Origin: Candidatus Obscuribacterales bacterium
GTDB lineage: Bacteria > Cyanobacteriota > Vampirovibrionia > Obscuribacterales > Obscuribacteraceae
DNA: 64,000 nucleotides
Reading direction: 5' to 3'
Assembly (NCBI GenBank): GCA_965228855.1
Contig: CBDDIJ010000002.1
Span: 736,001-800,000, forward strand
Position numbers and translations under genes: made by a program. The notes under the pieces are model-generated. The model was not told the origin of the DNA, did not search any database, and worked only from the letters and a program-made list of their open reading frames with translations. Below, piece by piece: positions 51,403 to 61,903 of the stretch (its first letter is position 1; each line of letters opens with the position of its first letter).

Positions 51403-53097
51403 TTAATTAAGCGGACAAGCGCGCTCCACGATTTCGGACATATTGACGCCCGGATGAAGCGTTCCATAGTTCATGCCATGGTCGTGATCGAGACGCGAAG
51501 AAACAAACGCATCCACAACGCTATCAGGAGAGAATCGCACGACAAGCGAACCTTGAAGCGCGAGCGCCATGCGTTCCACCAGACGGCGCGTAGTCCGTTC
51601 GACACCCAGGTCTTTATTCAAGATTGCGCGTTTCACCGCTTGAAGTTCATTGATGACTTCGTCTGCATATTTGTCGAAACGAATATCAGAGCCGCCTGCC
51701 TTGTTCAACTCCGCCTGAATCGACTCTACGACGCCCTCTTCTTTGGCTACGGCACGTAACACGTCTAAACCGATCACATTGCCGGAACCTTCCCAGATCG
51801 AGTTCAAAGGACTCTCGCGGAACAATCGTGGCATGACCGACTCTTCCACATAACCCGCACCACCCATGCATTCCATGGCTTCGTAAGCGTGTTGCGGAGC
51901 CCGTTTGCAAATCCAGAATTTCGATACAGCGCTTACAATTCTTCTAAACGCCTGCTCTTCATTTGAAGAAGCCGTATCGTAAGACTCGGCTAAACGAAGA
52001 ACCAGCAGCGCCGCCGCTTCCGACTCTACAGCCAGGTCGGCAAGCACGTTTTGCATCAATTCCTGTTCAATCAGTTTCTTTCCAAAAGCAGAACGCTGAC
52101 TGCAATGGTGCACCGCCTGTAGTGTCGCCTGCCTCATCACGCTCGCGCTTCCAACCGCACAATCCAGACGTGTGTGGTTTACCATCTCGATAATCGTCGG
52201 CACGCCACGCCCCTCGTTACCAACCAGATAACCGATGGTGTCGCGGAATTCCACTTCCGATGAAGCGTTCGACTTGTTACCTAGTTTGTCTTTCAAACGC
52301 TGAATGAAGAAATTGTTTTTCGTTCCATCTTCAAGAAAGCGCGGCACGAGGAAACAGGACAAGCCATCTTGCGCTTGCGCGAGAATTAAAAACGCGTCCG
52401 ACATCGGAGCCGAGCAGAACCACTTATGACCGGTGATTCGATAAGGTTGCGCAGGTCCACGCTGACTTATCGGCACTGCTCTAGTCGTATTCGCTCTAAC
52501 GTCAGAACCGCCTTGCTTCTCAGTCATGCCCATCCCGAAAATCACGCCGGATTTCTCACCAGCCGGTTTCAACTTACCATCGTATCCGTTTAAAACCAGC
52601 CTGGGCTCCCAGATCTTTGCGAGTTCGGGTTGCAAACGCAGCGCCGGGACCACCGAGTAAGTCATTGACATAGGGCAGCAATGCCCGGCTTCCGTTTGAT
52701 ATGCCAGGTACATGAGAGCAGCGCGAGCGACATGGCTACCTTCTTGCTGCTGCGCCCAAGGCAGATTGTGCAAGCCATATTCAGCGGACAATCCCATCAT
52801 CTTATGAAACGCCGGATGGAAATCGACCTCGTCGATGCGATTACCAAACCGATCGAAGGTTTTCAACACAGGCGTGTAGCGATTTGCCTGATCGGCCCAC
52901 TCGAGAACCTCCGCGCTTCCCATGCGTTGTCCATAATCGGAGATCCGCTCATAAGCCCAGGATCCGCGGTGCCGTTTCAATCCATCAACAAGAACGATGT
53001 CTGACAGAAACAAATTGAAGTCAATCAGCGGTGTCGGTTGATTGAAAACTTCGTGAGTGAAGACAGTTGTCTTAGGCTCATCCTGGCAGATAGTCAT
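51403..53097 (-). CDS. aidB: AidB-like acyl-CoA dehydrogenase
   Basis: THEVFNQ, CPMSMT, GMGMTEKQGGSDVRAN, NSIWEGSGNV. Confidence 0.88.
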   Translation of the reverse strand: MTICQDEPKTTVFTHEVFNQPTPLIDFNLFLSDIVLVDGLKRHRGSWAYERISDYGQRMGSAEVLEWADQANRYTPVLKTFDRFGNRIDEVDFHPAFHKMMGLSAEYGLHNLPWAQQQEGSHVARAALMYLAYQTEAGHCCPMSMTYSVVPALRLQPELAKIWEPRLVLNGYDGKLKPAGEKSGVIFGMGMTEKQGGSDVRANTTRAVPISQRGPAQPYRITGHKWFCSAPMSDAFLILAQAQDGLSCFLVPRFLEDGTKNNFFIQRLKDKLGNKSNASSEVEFRDTIGYLVGNEGRGVPTIIEMVNHTRLDCAVGSASVMRQATLQAVHHCSQRSAFGKKLIEQELMQNVLADLAVESEAAALLVLRLAESYDTASSNEEQAFRRIVSAVSKFWICKRAPQHAYEAMECMGGAGYVEESVMPRLFRESPLNSIWEGSGNVIGLDVLRAVAKEEGVVESIQAELNKAGGSDIRFDKYADEVINELQAVKRAILNKDLGVERTTRRLVERMALALQGSLVVRFSPDSVVDAFVSSRLDHDHGMNYGTLHPGVNMSEIVERACPLN

Positions 53098-53304
53098 GTG
53101 GAATTCTCAGCTCCGTAGCCGATTGAGTGGGAGAATGAAAGATCGTACAACAACGAAGCGCCTATAAGCAATTTTCAGCTCAATTTGGTAATTGAGACCA
53201 AGAAGCTGACCTAGCCTGACAACAGCGCACTGGAAGAAATTAGCACACCAGAAACCTAAATTGGGATATGCTTTCATGCGGCAATTTCACCCAGGGAACT
53301 CACC

Positions 53305-55128
53305 ATGTCGGATGACTTATACGGCTCTGAGCGCAGAGAGTTCATGATCTCAGTCATGAACTTCTTTAAGACAGAACTTGGTATTGCACAGGTTGATTAC
53401 AACGCTGAGAAATTCCAAATAAACATCAACGACGGCTGCATCTATCTCGGCAACGCATTTGACGAATTCAAAGCTTGTAAATCCGATGAAGCAAAACAAG
53501 AAGTGCTTCAGCGATTTTTGAGCGGCATGCTCTCTGCTACTAGAGTGTTTGCTTTTGAAGAAGTTCGAGAACTTCTGCTTCCAGTTGTTCGCGACAGAAT
53601 GTTGGCGGAGAACCAAGAAATCGCCGCTTCTGCAGCAACAACCGTTGAAGAGCTCAAGCAAATACACGCAAATCTAGCTGGCGAAATCGTAGGTGAACAC
53701 TACGTATCGATGCTTGCTGTAGATTCTGAAGATAGCATCTCATTCGTCCACCCTTCCGTAGCAAACGAGTGGAACACGCCGATTGAAGATCTCATGAAGA
53801 TAGCGGTAGAAAACTTGAGCAAGATCAGCTCCAAAGCTTTCGTCGAAGTATCAGATGGTGTCTTCGTCTCCGGATGGCAAGACACATACGACACATCCAG
53901 AATTCTCTTGACCGACAAAATTCGAGAAGAGTGCAAAGTCAAGGGCCATCATCTGGCATTTCTTCCAAATCGTGACTACGTGTTCATAACCGGCTCCGAT
54001 GATGCGCTCGGAATCGAAGTTGTACTGGACATGTGCAAAGACCTGGAAAACTCAGCGCGGCCACTATATATGGTGCCATTAGTTCTACAGGAAAACAGAT
54101 GGGAGGTCTTTTATCCTAACGAATATCATCCCTGCTACCACGAACTTCGCCTGGCTCGAATCAGAGGACTGAGCGGAATTTACGATCATAGTCAAATGAC
54201 TCTAGAAGAAAAGCTAGCGGAAGACGTTTTCCTCGCAAAGTTCACGGCGCTTGGTTCGGAGGAGTCACCGGAAGTCTTTACTATGTGCGTTTGGAGCTGT
54301 AAGTCTCTTCTACCGAAAACCGAATGGATAAACTTCATTGAAGTAGATAAAAACACAGAACGAGGTGAATCCCTCGGATTGGCTCGCTGGGAAGACGTAG
54401 AAACCCACCTAGGAAATAAATTCACGATCACCTTGCCGTACCCACCGCGAGTGCTTGTGAGCGACTTGAATAAGGGGCAGCTTCAAGGTATGAAGCTGCA
54501 AAAAGACTTCCCTCGCGTTGAGGCGCAACCCAAAATGGCACTACCTGTAGTTCCTTACATGGAAGCTCTAAATTCGGCGAGAGAACGATTTATGTTCACC
54601 TACGACAGCCTTCTGGAGGCGATGAAAGGTCAAGAAAAATCCGCTCCGGAAGTCATGTTTGAGGCACCTGGTGACGCCCCACTTCCTTTCAGAGTGAAAC
54701 GTGTTGACTATTTAGTCAACGAAAACGGTAGCCTGCAAACTACTTTAATTGAGGGCGCAAGCATTCCGATTGCGCCAAGAGAGTACAAAACGGCTGAAGG
54801 TCTGCGGTTAACTCTCAAGTCTATTTCCTGGCAGTTCGTGGAGTTTGCCTGCAATAAATTCGATAGCAGCAATTCGAAATTTATGGAGTGGTGCACGTAT
54901 TGGATGGATCTGGATGACAAATTTGCAAGCAACGAAGATGGACTATCGGGCGTTCTGCATTTCGTGTCCAATCCGGAGTGCGCAGATGAGGAGACCATTT
55001 TTTACGTAGACTTTGGTTCTGCACCACTAAAGTGCTTTTCGTCACTAATGGAAGTTTTGTCCGAAATTGGAGTCCGGCAAGTCACTGCGCGGACCCCCTG
55101 GAACACATTGCTCAGGTCAGGCGATTGA
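53305..55128 (+). CDS. Hypothetical protein (DUF1444-like region)
   Basis: 607-aa ORF; DTYDTSRIL..PNRD..ITG. Confidence 0.7.
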   Translation: MSDDLYGSERREFMISVMNFFKTELGIAQVDYNAEKFQININDGCIYLGNAFDEFKACKSDEAKQEVLQRFLSGMLSATRVFAFEEVRELLLPVVRDRMLAENQEIAASAATTVEELKQIHANLAGEIVGEHYVSMLAVDSEDSISFVHPSVANEWNTPIEDLMKIAVENLSKISSKAFVEVSDGVFVSGWQDTYDTSRILLTDKIREECKVKGHHLAFLPNRDYVFITGSDDALGIEVVLDMCKDLENSARPLYMVPLVLQENRWEVFYPNEYHPCYHELRLARIRGLSGIYDHSQMTLEEKLAEDVFLAKFTALGSEESPEVFTMCVWSCKSLLPKTEWINFIEVDKNTERGESLGLARWEDVETHLGNKFTITLPYPPRVLVSDLNKGQLQGMKLQKDFPRVEAQPKMALPVVPYMEALNSARERFMFTYDSLLEAMKGQEKSAPEVMFEAPGDAPLPFRVKRVDYLVNENGSLQTTLIEGASIPIAPREYKTAEGLRLTLKSISWQFVEFACNKFDSSNSKFMEWCTYWMDLDDKFASNEDGLSGVLHFVSNPECADEETIFYVDFGSAPLKCFSSLMEVLSEIGVRQVTARTPWNTLLRSGD

Positions 55129-55207
55129 GAAACAGCCATTGAAGTCAGTCTTAGCCTGCACTTGCTGCATCGCTCGTGGCGATCGAGTCAAGTTCGTTTC
55201 TTCCAAC

Positions 55208-56449
55208 CTACTTCGCTTGAACCGGCATCAGCAGATATTTGTATTGCTCGTCACCAACGCCCTTAAGAATGAGCGGCTTCAATGAACCGGTCATCTCCAG
55301 GCGAATCTCATTGACGCTCAATCTCTGAAGCACATCGAGAATGTAGCGCACGTTGACAGCGACATCAAGAGGCTGACCTTCGAACTTCACGGAAACCTCT
55401 TCCTGAGCGCGTCCTACGTCAGGAGTGTTGGCGGTGATTTGAAGGTTCTCGTCCTCGAAATGCATTTTCACAAGGTGAGTGCGATCGTCGGACATGACCG
55501 ATACACGCTCGATTGCGCGGACCAGCTCTTCACGATTGAAGTGTGCACAATGTTTGAATTCTGTAGGAAACAGTTCCTGATACCGCGGATATTCCCCTGA
55601 AATCAGGCGTGTCGAGAGGAAATGACTTTCGGTTTCGAACACGATTTGACCATCTGCCAAACCAATTCTCACTTCACCAGGAGTAAATTTGTCTGCGCTC
55701 TTCGGCTCATCGGAAGCCGATTTATCGTTCTTCGCGCTGGCGTCGGAACCATCCATCAACTTGACGATTTCGTTGCAAGCTTTAGCCGGAATGATGGCGC
55801 GGAGCATTCCACCTTTTTCAAGAGTCGCTGTTGCAGCCTTGCCTTCCGTTTCCTTATCGCCCTCGGTCTTCCCTGCTTGCGCAACGAGAGCGGTGAGTTC
55901 TTCTCTTCTGTGAGCCAAACGGCTGCCATCGGTCGCGGTGCACTCGAAATTGCCATCAGCGAGGAGAATGTACACACCACCGAGAATGCTGCTCGCATCA
56001 TATCCGGCAGCGGCGAAAGCGGTTTGAGCGATTGATTTTTTGAGAACCATCGCGGGCATGAGAACGGAGCTTTCCGGGCGGGCATCCGTCACTTTGGGAA
56101 ACTCGGCTGCCGGCAAACCGGTGATGTTGAATTTGGAGCGTTTGCAGGTGACCGCGACATCACTGTTTTCAACGTTCACTTGAAACGAAACCAATTCATT
56201 CGGAAGCTTGGAAACGATCTCAAGCAGTTTCTTACCGGGCAACGTGATTGCACCGGCTGTGTGAACGATGGCAGAAACCTTGGTCTCGATACATAGATCC
56301 AAATCAGTGGCTTGAAACTTGATTTGAGTTTCACCGTTCGATTCGATAAGCACATTGCTCAAGATTGGCTGAACAACTCTTGTTGCCAGAGCGCTTGTCA
56401 CGTCTCTCAATGCACGAACTAGAGTGTCCTTCTGGACTGAAAAGTGCAT
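55208..56449 (-). CDS. dnaN: DNA polymerase III beta clamp
   Basis: PILSNVLI, ATDL, ATDGSRLA, RLISGEYP, YLLMPV. Confidence 0.97.
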   Translation of the reverse strand: MHFSVQKDTLVRALRDVTSALATRVVQPILSNVLIESNGETQIKFQATDLDLCIETKVSAIVHTAGAITLPGKKLLEIVSKLPNELVSFQVNVENSDVAVTCKRSKFNITGLPAAEFPKVTDARPESSVLMPAMVLKKSIAQTAFAAAGYDASSILGGVYILLADGNFECTATDGSRLAHRREELTALVAQAGKTEGDKETEGKAATATLEKGGMLRAIIPAKACNEIVKLMDGSDASAKNDKSASDEPKSADKFTPGEVRIGLADGQIVFETESHFLSTRLISGEYPRYQELFPTEFKHCAHFNREELVRAIERVSVMSDDRTHLVKMHFEDENLQITANTPDVGRAQEEVSVKFEGQPLDVAVNVRYILDVLQRLSVNEIRLEMTGSLKPLILKGVGDEQYKYLLMPVQAK

Positions 56450-56752
56450 ATTGCCTACCTCGCCACTTCAACTTTTTGGAACAGCCTATATGGTACAGCC
56501 CTGAAGGCTCTCGATCTTTAGTGCGGACCAATAAAACTATGTACTCTGAATTAACAAAATTGATTGAATAAGGAGTAATAGGGGAGCCGATTTTCTGTAA
56601 GTAACGCTTGAAACGCCTGCTGGTACCGGATCTGCCATGTAGGAAACTTGTAGGCGGAAAATACAGGGGATGACAAAACTAACTCGAAATTGAAATTACT
56701 GACTTTCGGCCTACAAACCTGCAACAGGTTTTCTACAAGTTGCGCACAGGGG
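56450..56752. other. Probable oriC (dnaA-dnaN intergenic)
   Basis: AT-rich tract ~56530-56580; phased DnaA-box-like 9-mers including TTTTCTACA 56729-56737. Confidence 0.6.
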
Positions 56753-58474
56753 CTAATTGCCCAACTGGCGCTTGATTTGAGAAACAACTGCCGCCACTGC
56801 CGGATCTCCGACGAGTAGCTCCTTTACCTTATTGTCTGCATATATAGCGGATGTGTGTTTGCGATTTCCGAATGCCTGTCCGATTCTTGGAAAGCTCAAA
56901 CTCATCAAGTCATGCGCCAGGTGCATGGCGATGTGGCGAGGAGTCGTCAGGTCTCCGGCTCTACTCTTGCCTTTTAGATCAACCGGGTCGAGTTTGTAAT
57001 GCTCGGCAACCGCCTTGATAATCGTCTCGACCGTTAAGGATGGCTTGGAAACAGGCGTTCCGTGTGGAGTCAGCAAGGTGTGGAGAGAATGTTGATCGAC
57101 TTTTTGTCCGGTCAGGTTTGCATATGCGTTGACCCGTATAAGCGCACCTTCAAGTTCTCTAATATTGGTAGTGAATAAACTAGCGATGTGGTTTAGCGCC
57201 GAATCATCAATGACGATTCCGTCGAGGTCGCACTTCTTGCGAAGGATCGCCAGACGAGTTTCGTAATCCGGCGCTTGAATGTCGGATATCAGCCCCCATT
57301 CGAATCGGCTGCGTAAGCGCTCCTCCAGGCGTGAGAACGCCCTGGGAGGACGGTCTGAGGTCAGGATTATCTGCTTGCCCGCATCTCGCAGAGCATTGAA
57401 GGTGTGGAAGAACTCTTCCTGGGTCGATTCCTTGCCTTCGATAAACTGAATGTCGTCGATTAGCAGGACATCGTTGTATCTGTATCGCTTGCGGAACTCG
57501 CCCGTCGACTTGTCCTTAATAGAGTTGATCAGATCGTTGGTGAATCGCTCACAAGTCAAATATCGAATTTGAGCGTTTGGATTGTTCTCCAGAATCGCGT
57601 GACCGATCGCTTGCATCAAGTGTGTTTTGCCGAGTCCGACGCCGCCGTAAATGAACAGGGGGTTGTAGTTGTTGCCTGGATTTTGCGCTACCGCGAGAGC
57701 GGCTGAGTGGCAGAAACTGTTGTTTGAACCGACTACAAAGGTTGAAAACGTGTACTTGGGATTTAAACCTGAGCGCGTGAGATCGATCGGTCGTGATGGT
57801 CGTGGAACAGGATTCGCGGGCAATCTACCCATCTGCGGAGACGCGCCGGTTCTTGCCGCCTGCAAATCCTGTTGCTGAAACCCAGGCATAGAGCCGAAAC
57901 CGTTTTGACCGTGGTTGTTTTGCGGTATTGAAACGTTTCCACTTGCTTGTGCCTGCGGCACTGTATATGGTGTCGCTGGCACAGCAGTCGGTTTAAACAA
58001 CTCCTGCTGAGAATAGGCTTGAGAAGGGGTGTTTAAAGTGGGAGAGAACGCCGTCGGTGATTGCGCGAAAGTAGAATTATGCGATGTTGAAATCTTCGGT
58101 CCGGTCGAATAGGGTGATGCACCAGCCTGCGGGAGAGCGCTTGGCGCCGATGTTTCATTGGACAGATCCGCAAACGTTCCTGTGTAAACGGCCGGCGCGA
58201 CGGAAGAGTCCACTACGAAGTCGACCTTGACCGGAACTCCGGTAACTTTCTCAAGAGCTTCCTGGATCTGCTGTTTATGACGAAGAAGCAAAGTCTGATA
58301 GAACGAGTTCACGACTGCTACGACAGCCAAGCCGTTAGTGAACTTAGTCAAGTCCACCGCTGTCTGTAGAACCGCGAACACTCCCGGAGAAGCAGTTGAC
58401 GATAATTGTTTGAGGGCGTCAGCCCATATTTGCGGAACTGGTTTTAAATATCGGACATCGTCACTTGTGTGCAT
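56753..58474 (-). CDS. dnaA: Chromosomal replication initiator DnaA
   Basis: LNPKYTF, YNPLFIYGGVGLGKTHL, IDDIQF, RLRSRFEWGL, NIRELEGAL; start uncertain. Confidence 0.97.
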   Translation of the reverse strand: MHTSDDVRYLKPVPQIWADALKQLSSTASPGVFAVLQTAVDLTKFTNGLAVVAVVNSFYQTLLLRHKQQIQEALEKVTGVPVKVDFVVDSSVAPAVYTGTFADLSNETSAPSALPQAGASPYSTGPKISTSHNSTFAQSPTAFSPTLNTPSQAYSQQELFKPTAVPATPYTVPQAQASGNVSIPQNNHGQNGFGSMPGFQQQDLQAARTGASPQMGRLPANPVPRPSRPIDLTRSGLNPKYTFSTFVVGSNNSFCHSAALAVAQNPGNNYNPLFIYGGVGLGKTHLMQAIGHAILENNPNAQIRYLTCERFTNDLINSIKDKSTGEFRKRYRYNDVLLIDDIQFIEGKESTQEEFFHTFNALRDAGKQIILTSDRPPRAFSRLEERLRSRFEWGLISDIQAPDYETRLAILRKKCDLDGIVIDDSALNHIASLFTTNIRELEGALIRVNAYANLTGQKVDQHSLHTLLTPHGTPVSKPSLTVETIIKAVAEHYKLDPVDLKGKSRAGDLTTPRHIAMHLAHDLMSLSFPRIGQAFGNRKHTSAIYADNKVKELLVGDPAVAAVVSQIKRQLGN

Positions 58475-58914
58475 CTTCTTGAAAGACCTGGTTTCTGTGC
58501 TGCTTTTAACGCGATCCGTTTCAAAACGAATCAATAAAAACTGCTGGCGCTTCGGTGACCCGTCGATACTTCGAGAAAAATTACAGGACGGCTGATTGCC
58601 GATGATCACTTGATTGCCGATGATACGGAAATCAAATGTACCCTGAAAAATTTCTCAAAGAGTCGATCAACCGGAAGCGTGCCCGCAAGAAAATTCGCAA
58701 GCTTCAAGAGACGACGATCCTCATGCCGAGCTAGAAAACAATACCGACACAAAAGAATTCGTGCCGGCTCTAATTCAGCCTAAGGACTGTAAATTTTTCA
58801 TCGGTCGGGCTTGTGACCGACGCCAACTTTATTGCGAAAAATGATAGCATGACGTTTCATCAGAAGACATGCCAACATTTTTAACATTGGCGCTGTGCCA
58901 GGAGACTTTGGCTC

Positions 58915-59049
58915 ATGAAACGTACATTGCGTGGATCAAAACTGAAAGCGAAGAAAGACAGCGGTTTTCTCAGCCGCATGTCTTCCAAGTCCGGAAGAAA
59001 AGTACTCAAAAAACGTCGCCAGAAAGGGCGTTATCGTTTAGCCGTTTAG
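58915..59049 (+). CDS. rpmH: 50S ribosomal protein L34 (absent from ORF track)
   Basis: MKRTLRGSKLKAKKDSGFLSRMSSKSGRKVLKKRRQKGRYRLAV; synteny. Confidence 0.95.
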   Translation: MKRTLRGSKLKAKKDSGFLSRMSSKSGRKVLKKRRQKGRYRLAV

Positions 59050-59060
59050 GCTGACTGACG

Positions 59061-59483
59061 GTGTTACCGTCGGTTGAGAGACTTCGTCGGGCAGGCGTAT
59101 TCCAACGTGCATATAACCGGAGAATGGTTGTAAGCACGTCGGTTTTGTCTTTGTATGTATTACCGAAAGAAAAGAAGACCAGCGAAAGGGGTAAGAGTAC
59201 TTGGCGCCCGCTCGCTGGTTTTGTCGTAGCCAAGAAAGTATCGAAGAGTGCTTGCAAGCGAAACCGCGCCAAGCGTCAGATTCGCGAAGTCTACAGGCTT
59301 CTACGATCGGCTGTTTTTGACGGCGAGCGTGAGGATATCGCTCTTCAAGACTGGTACGCGATCGTCTTCGTGGCTCACGAGCGAGCCATCGAAGCTGATT
59401 TCAACGAGATCAAAGCATCAGTTACTGACGTTCTTGTTCGCGCCTCCGGCAAAACCCGCAAGGACAGGCGACCCGCCAAATGA
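59061..59483 (+). CDS. rnpA: RNase P protein component
   Basis: KKVSKSACKRNRAKRQIRE. Confidence 0.93.
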   Translation: MLPSVERLRRAGVFQRAYNRRMVVSTSVLSLYVLPKEKKTSERGKSTWRPLAGFVVAKKVSKSACKRNRAKRQIREVYRLLRSAVFDGEREDIALQDWYAIVFVAHERAIEADFNEIKASVTDVLVRASGKTRKDRRPAK

Positions 59484-59622
59484 TGATCAACTCGTTAATA
59501 AGTGAGCACTGTTGCCAATAGACGGCGATAATGTTTTAAACCGGTCGAACCAAACTTTTTCAACTTACAACCGGAATCACCGAACCGTCCATATTTAGCT
59601 CAATTGGAATTATACGTAACAA

Positions 59623-59901
59623 ATGAGATCTTCAAGTTTTAAGCGACTGCCTGGTTTTCTGGCGATCGGCTTGATTCGCCTGTATCAGAAAACCAGGATT
59701 TTGAGAGCGCCATCATGCAGGTTTTATCCATCCTGTTCAGAATATATGGCAAGAAGCATAGATGCCAACGGGCTGATGCAGGGTGTGATTGCTGGGGCAA
59801 TCAGAATTTGCAAATGCAATCCGTTCCATCCTGGTGGTGTTGACGAAGTCGCTGTACGAGCCGGTTCCGATGAGAGAGCCGCAAGCAAAACAAGAGGGTA
59901 A
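59623..59901 (+). CDS. yidD: Membrane protein insertion efficiency factor
   Basis: CRFYPSCSEY, CNPFHPGG. Confidence 0.93.
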   Translation: MRSSSFKRLPGFLAIGLIRLYQKTRILRAPSCRFYPSCSEYMARSIDANGLMQGVIAGAIRICKCNPFHPGGVDEVAVRAGSDERAASKTRG

Positions 59902-59904
59902 CCG

Positions 59905-61143
59905 GTGGATCTGACATATTCTTTCATGCTTCCTTTGCTGCAAGCGTTCCAAAAATGGAGCGGCAGCTACGGTTGGTCGCTTGTTCTGCTCACCCTGTTC
60001 GTGCGTTTGATTCTGTGGCCGCTGGTCGCTAAACAGACCGAGTCGATGCAACGCATGTCGATGCTGTCTCCGACCCTGAAGAAGTTGCAGAACAAGTACA
60101 AGGGCGAACCTGAGCTTATGCAGAAGAAGCTCATGGAGTTCTACGCCAAGAACAAGGTCAACCCCATGGGCGGCTGCTTGCCAATGCTTTTGCAACTGCC
60201 GATTTTCTTCGCTCTTTTCGCGACGTTCAGCGGTCCGCCTTTCGGCGACAAGCCGGTTCAAGTTCACGTCAAGGTTGTATCGGCAAAAGACGTCAATTCC
60301 ACGAAGAAGGAAACCTCCGGAGACAACATTCCCTACGTTTCCAAAGACGGCGCTCTCAGTAAAGTTACCGTTTTTCCCGGTGAAACCGAAATCAGCCCCG
60401 GCGGTAAGATTGATTTTGCCACTCGCGCGGTCGATGGCTCGCTGCCTGCCGACTTCAAAGTCGAGTGGCGCGTAGTCAAGGATAACCAGCCCGCCAAGGA
60501 GGACGCTGCCACTATCGACCAGGAAGGTCACGCTAGTTTCCTGAAAGAGGGCGATTATCAGGTCCAGGCGATGGTTCCAGGTATCGCGAAAAATGATTCG
60601 TTCGGTTTCGTCACCGGATTGGGTAAAGTCGCATCCGGTATGGCATTGCTGCAACCGCAAAACTTCGACGCACTCGGATTGATCATCGCATTCGGCATCA
60701 GCATGTGGATTTCGCAGAAATACACAATGTCTACAAGTCGTCCGAAAGATGAAGAGATGGATGAGCAGACAAGAGTGCAGCAAGACACAATGAAGATCTT
60801 GCCCCTTGTCACGACGGCGACGTTTTTCTTTATCCCGTTGCCGGTTGGTGTGCTAATCTACATAGTCTTATCTAACATGGTGCAATCATTCCAGACCTGG
60901 TTGCTCATGAAGAAGCCCGCTCAGCCATTGGTTGGAATCGACGAACTTGGTCTTGATGACCCACTACCACCTTCTGGTGGCGGCTCGGGCGGCAGCAAAA
61001 AGAAGAAGGGCCCGAAGACTGATGGCCCGGACGGCGATTCGGCGGCGGACGTGAATGTAGCCGATAAGCCCAAGGATGTGGAAGGCAGTGTCTCTCCGGA
61101 CGCGTTCGGCAGAGGCAAATCAAAGAAAAAGAAGAAGAAGTGA
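59905..61143 (+). CDS. yidC: Membrane insertase YidC
   Basis: NPMGGCLPMLLQLPIFFAL; cyanobacterial-style insert after GPPF. Confidence 0.95.
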   Translation: MDLTYSFMLPLLQAFQKWSGSYGWSLVLLTLFVRLILWPLVAKQTESMQRMSMLSPTLKKLQNKYKGEPELMQKKLMEFYAKNKVNPMGGCLPMLLQLPIFFALFATFSGPPFGDKPVQVHVKVVSAKDVNSTKKETSGDNIPYVSKDGALSKVTVFPGETEISPGGKIDFATRAVDGSLPADFKVEWRVVKDNQPAKEDAATIDQEGHASFLKEGDYQVQAMVPGIAKNDSFGFVTGLGKVASGMALLQPQNFDALGLIIAFGISMWISQKYTMSTSRPKDEEMDEQTRVQQDTMKILPLVTTATFFFIPLPVGVLIYIVLSNMVQSFQTWLLMKKPAQPLVGIDELGLDDPLPPSGGGSGGSKKKKGPKTDGPDGDSAADVNVADKPKDVEGSVSPDAFGRGKSKKKKKK

Positions 61144-61146
61144 GTC

Positions 61147-61770
61147 ATGAATCAATTCGCAGACACATTTGATGAAAACGCCCAGAGCTACTTGGAAAAG
61201 ATCCTGGCAATTCTAGACATCGAAGCCACGGTTATTCCTGAGGATCTCGACGACACGACAACCAGCTACCGGATCGAATGCAAGGCGGATGATGCCAGAA
61301 TGCTGATCGGTAGAAACGGCAAGACTCTTGAATCACTCCAGTTCGTCGTTCGACAAATGTGCCGCAGCAACATGATTACTCACAATCCGTTTGTGATCGA
61401 CGTTCTCGACTATCGTGCCCGTCGCCGGCGAACAATGGAAGAACAAGCGAAGAAGGGCGCCGTAGCTGTTTTGAACGGTGATGAGGAGCGCTTTGCGCTT
61501 GAGCCGATGAATCCCTACGATCGCCGTCTGGTTCACAATTACTTGCAAGACAACTTCCCCGAATTATCCTCTGACAGTGAAGGTGAGGGCGAAGAGCGTC
61601 ACATTGTTATCAGCTATCGCGGTTTGGACGAAGATGGTCAAGATAACAAGAAAGCCAAGCGCGTCGCCGCCGATGACAGTGAAGATGATTTCGACGGTGA
61701 TTTCGATAGCGACGAAGAAGACGAATTCGACGACAGCGAAGAAGAAAAGGCCGAAGCTGTAAAAGAGTAG
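61147..61770 (+). CDS. jag: Jag/KhpB (KH + R3H) RNA-binding protein with acidic tail
   Basis: LIGRNGKTLESLQ, PMNPYDRRLVH, SEGEG. Confidence 0.9.
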   Translation: MNQFADTFDENAQSYLEKILAILDIEATVIPEDLDDTTTSYRIECKADDARMLIGRNGKTLESLQFVVRQMCRSNMITHNPFVIDVLDYRARRRRTMEEQAKKGAVAVLNGDEERFALEPMNPYDRRLVHNYLQDNFPELSSDSEGEGEERHIVISYRGLDEDGQDNKKAKRVAADDSEDDFDGDFDSDEEDEFDDSEEEKAEAVKE

Positions 61771-61903
61771 TTTCTCGATCGGAACCTTCAATTTTAAAAC
61801 CGTTCCAGTTCAGCTCATGGGAAACTCCCCATTGTGTGTAATGGATGTCAGGGGTTATGGTTGCCTTAACGATACCCCGTTTCTATTTCACTCAAGCAAA
61901 AAT

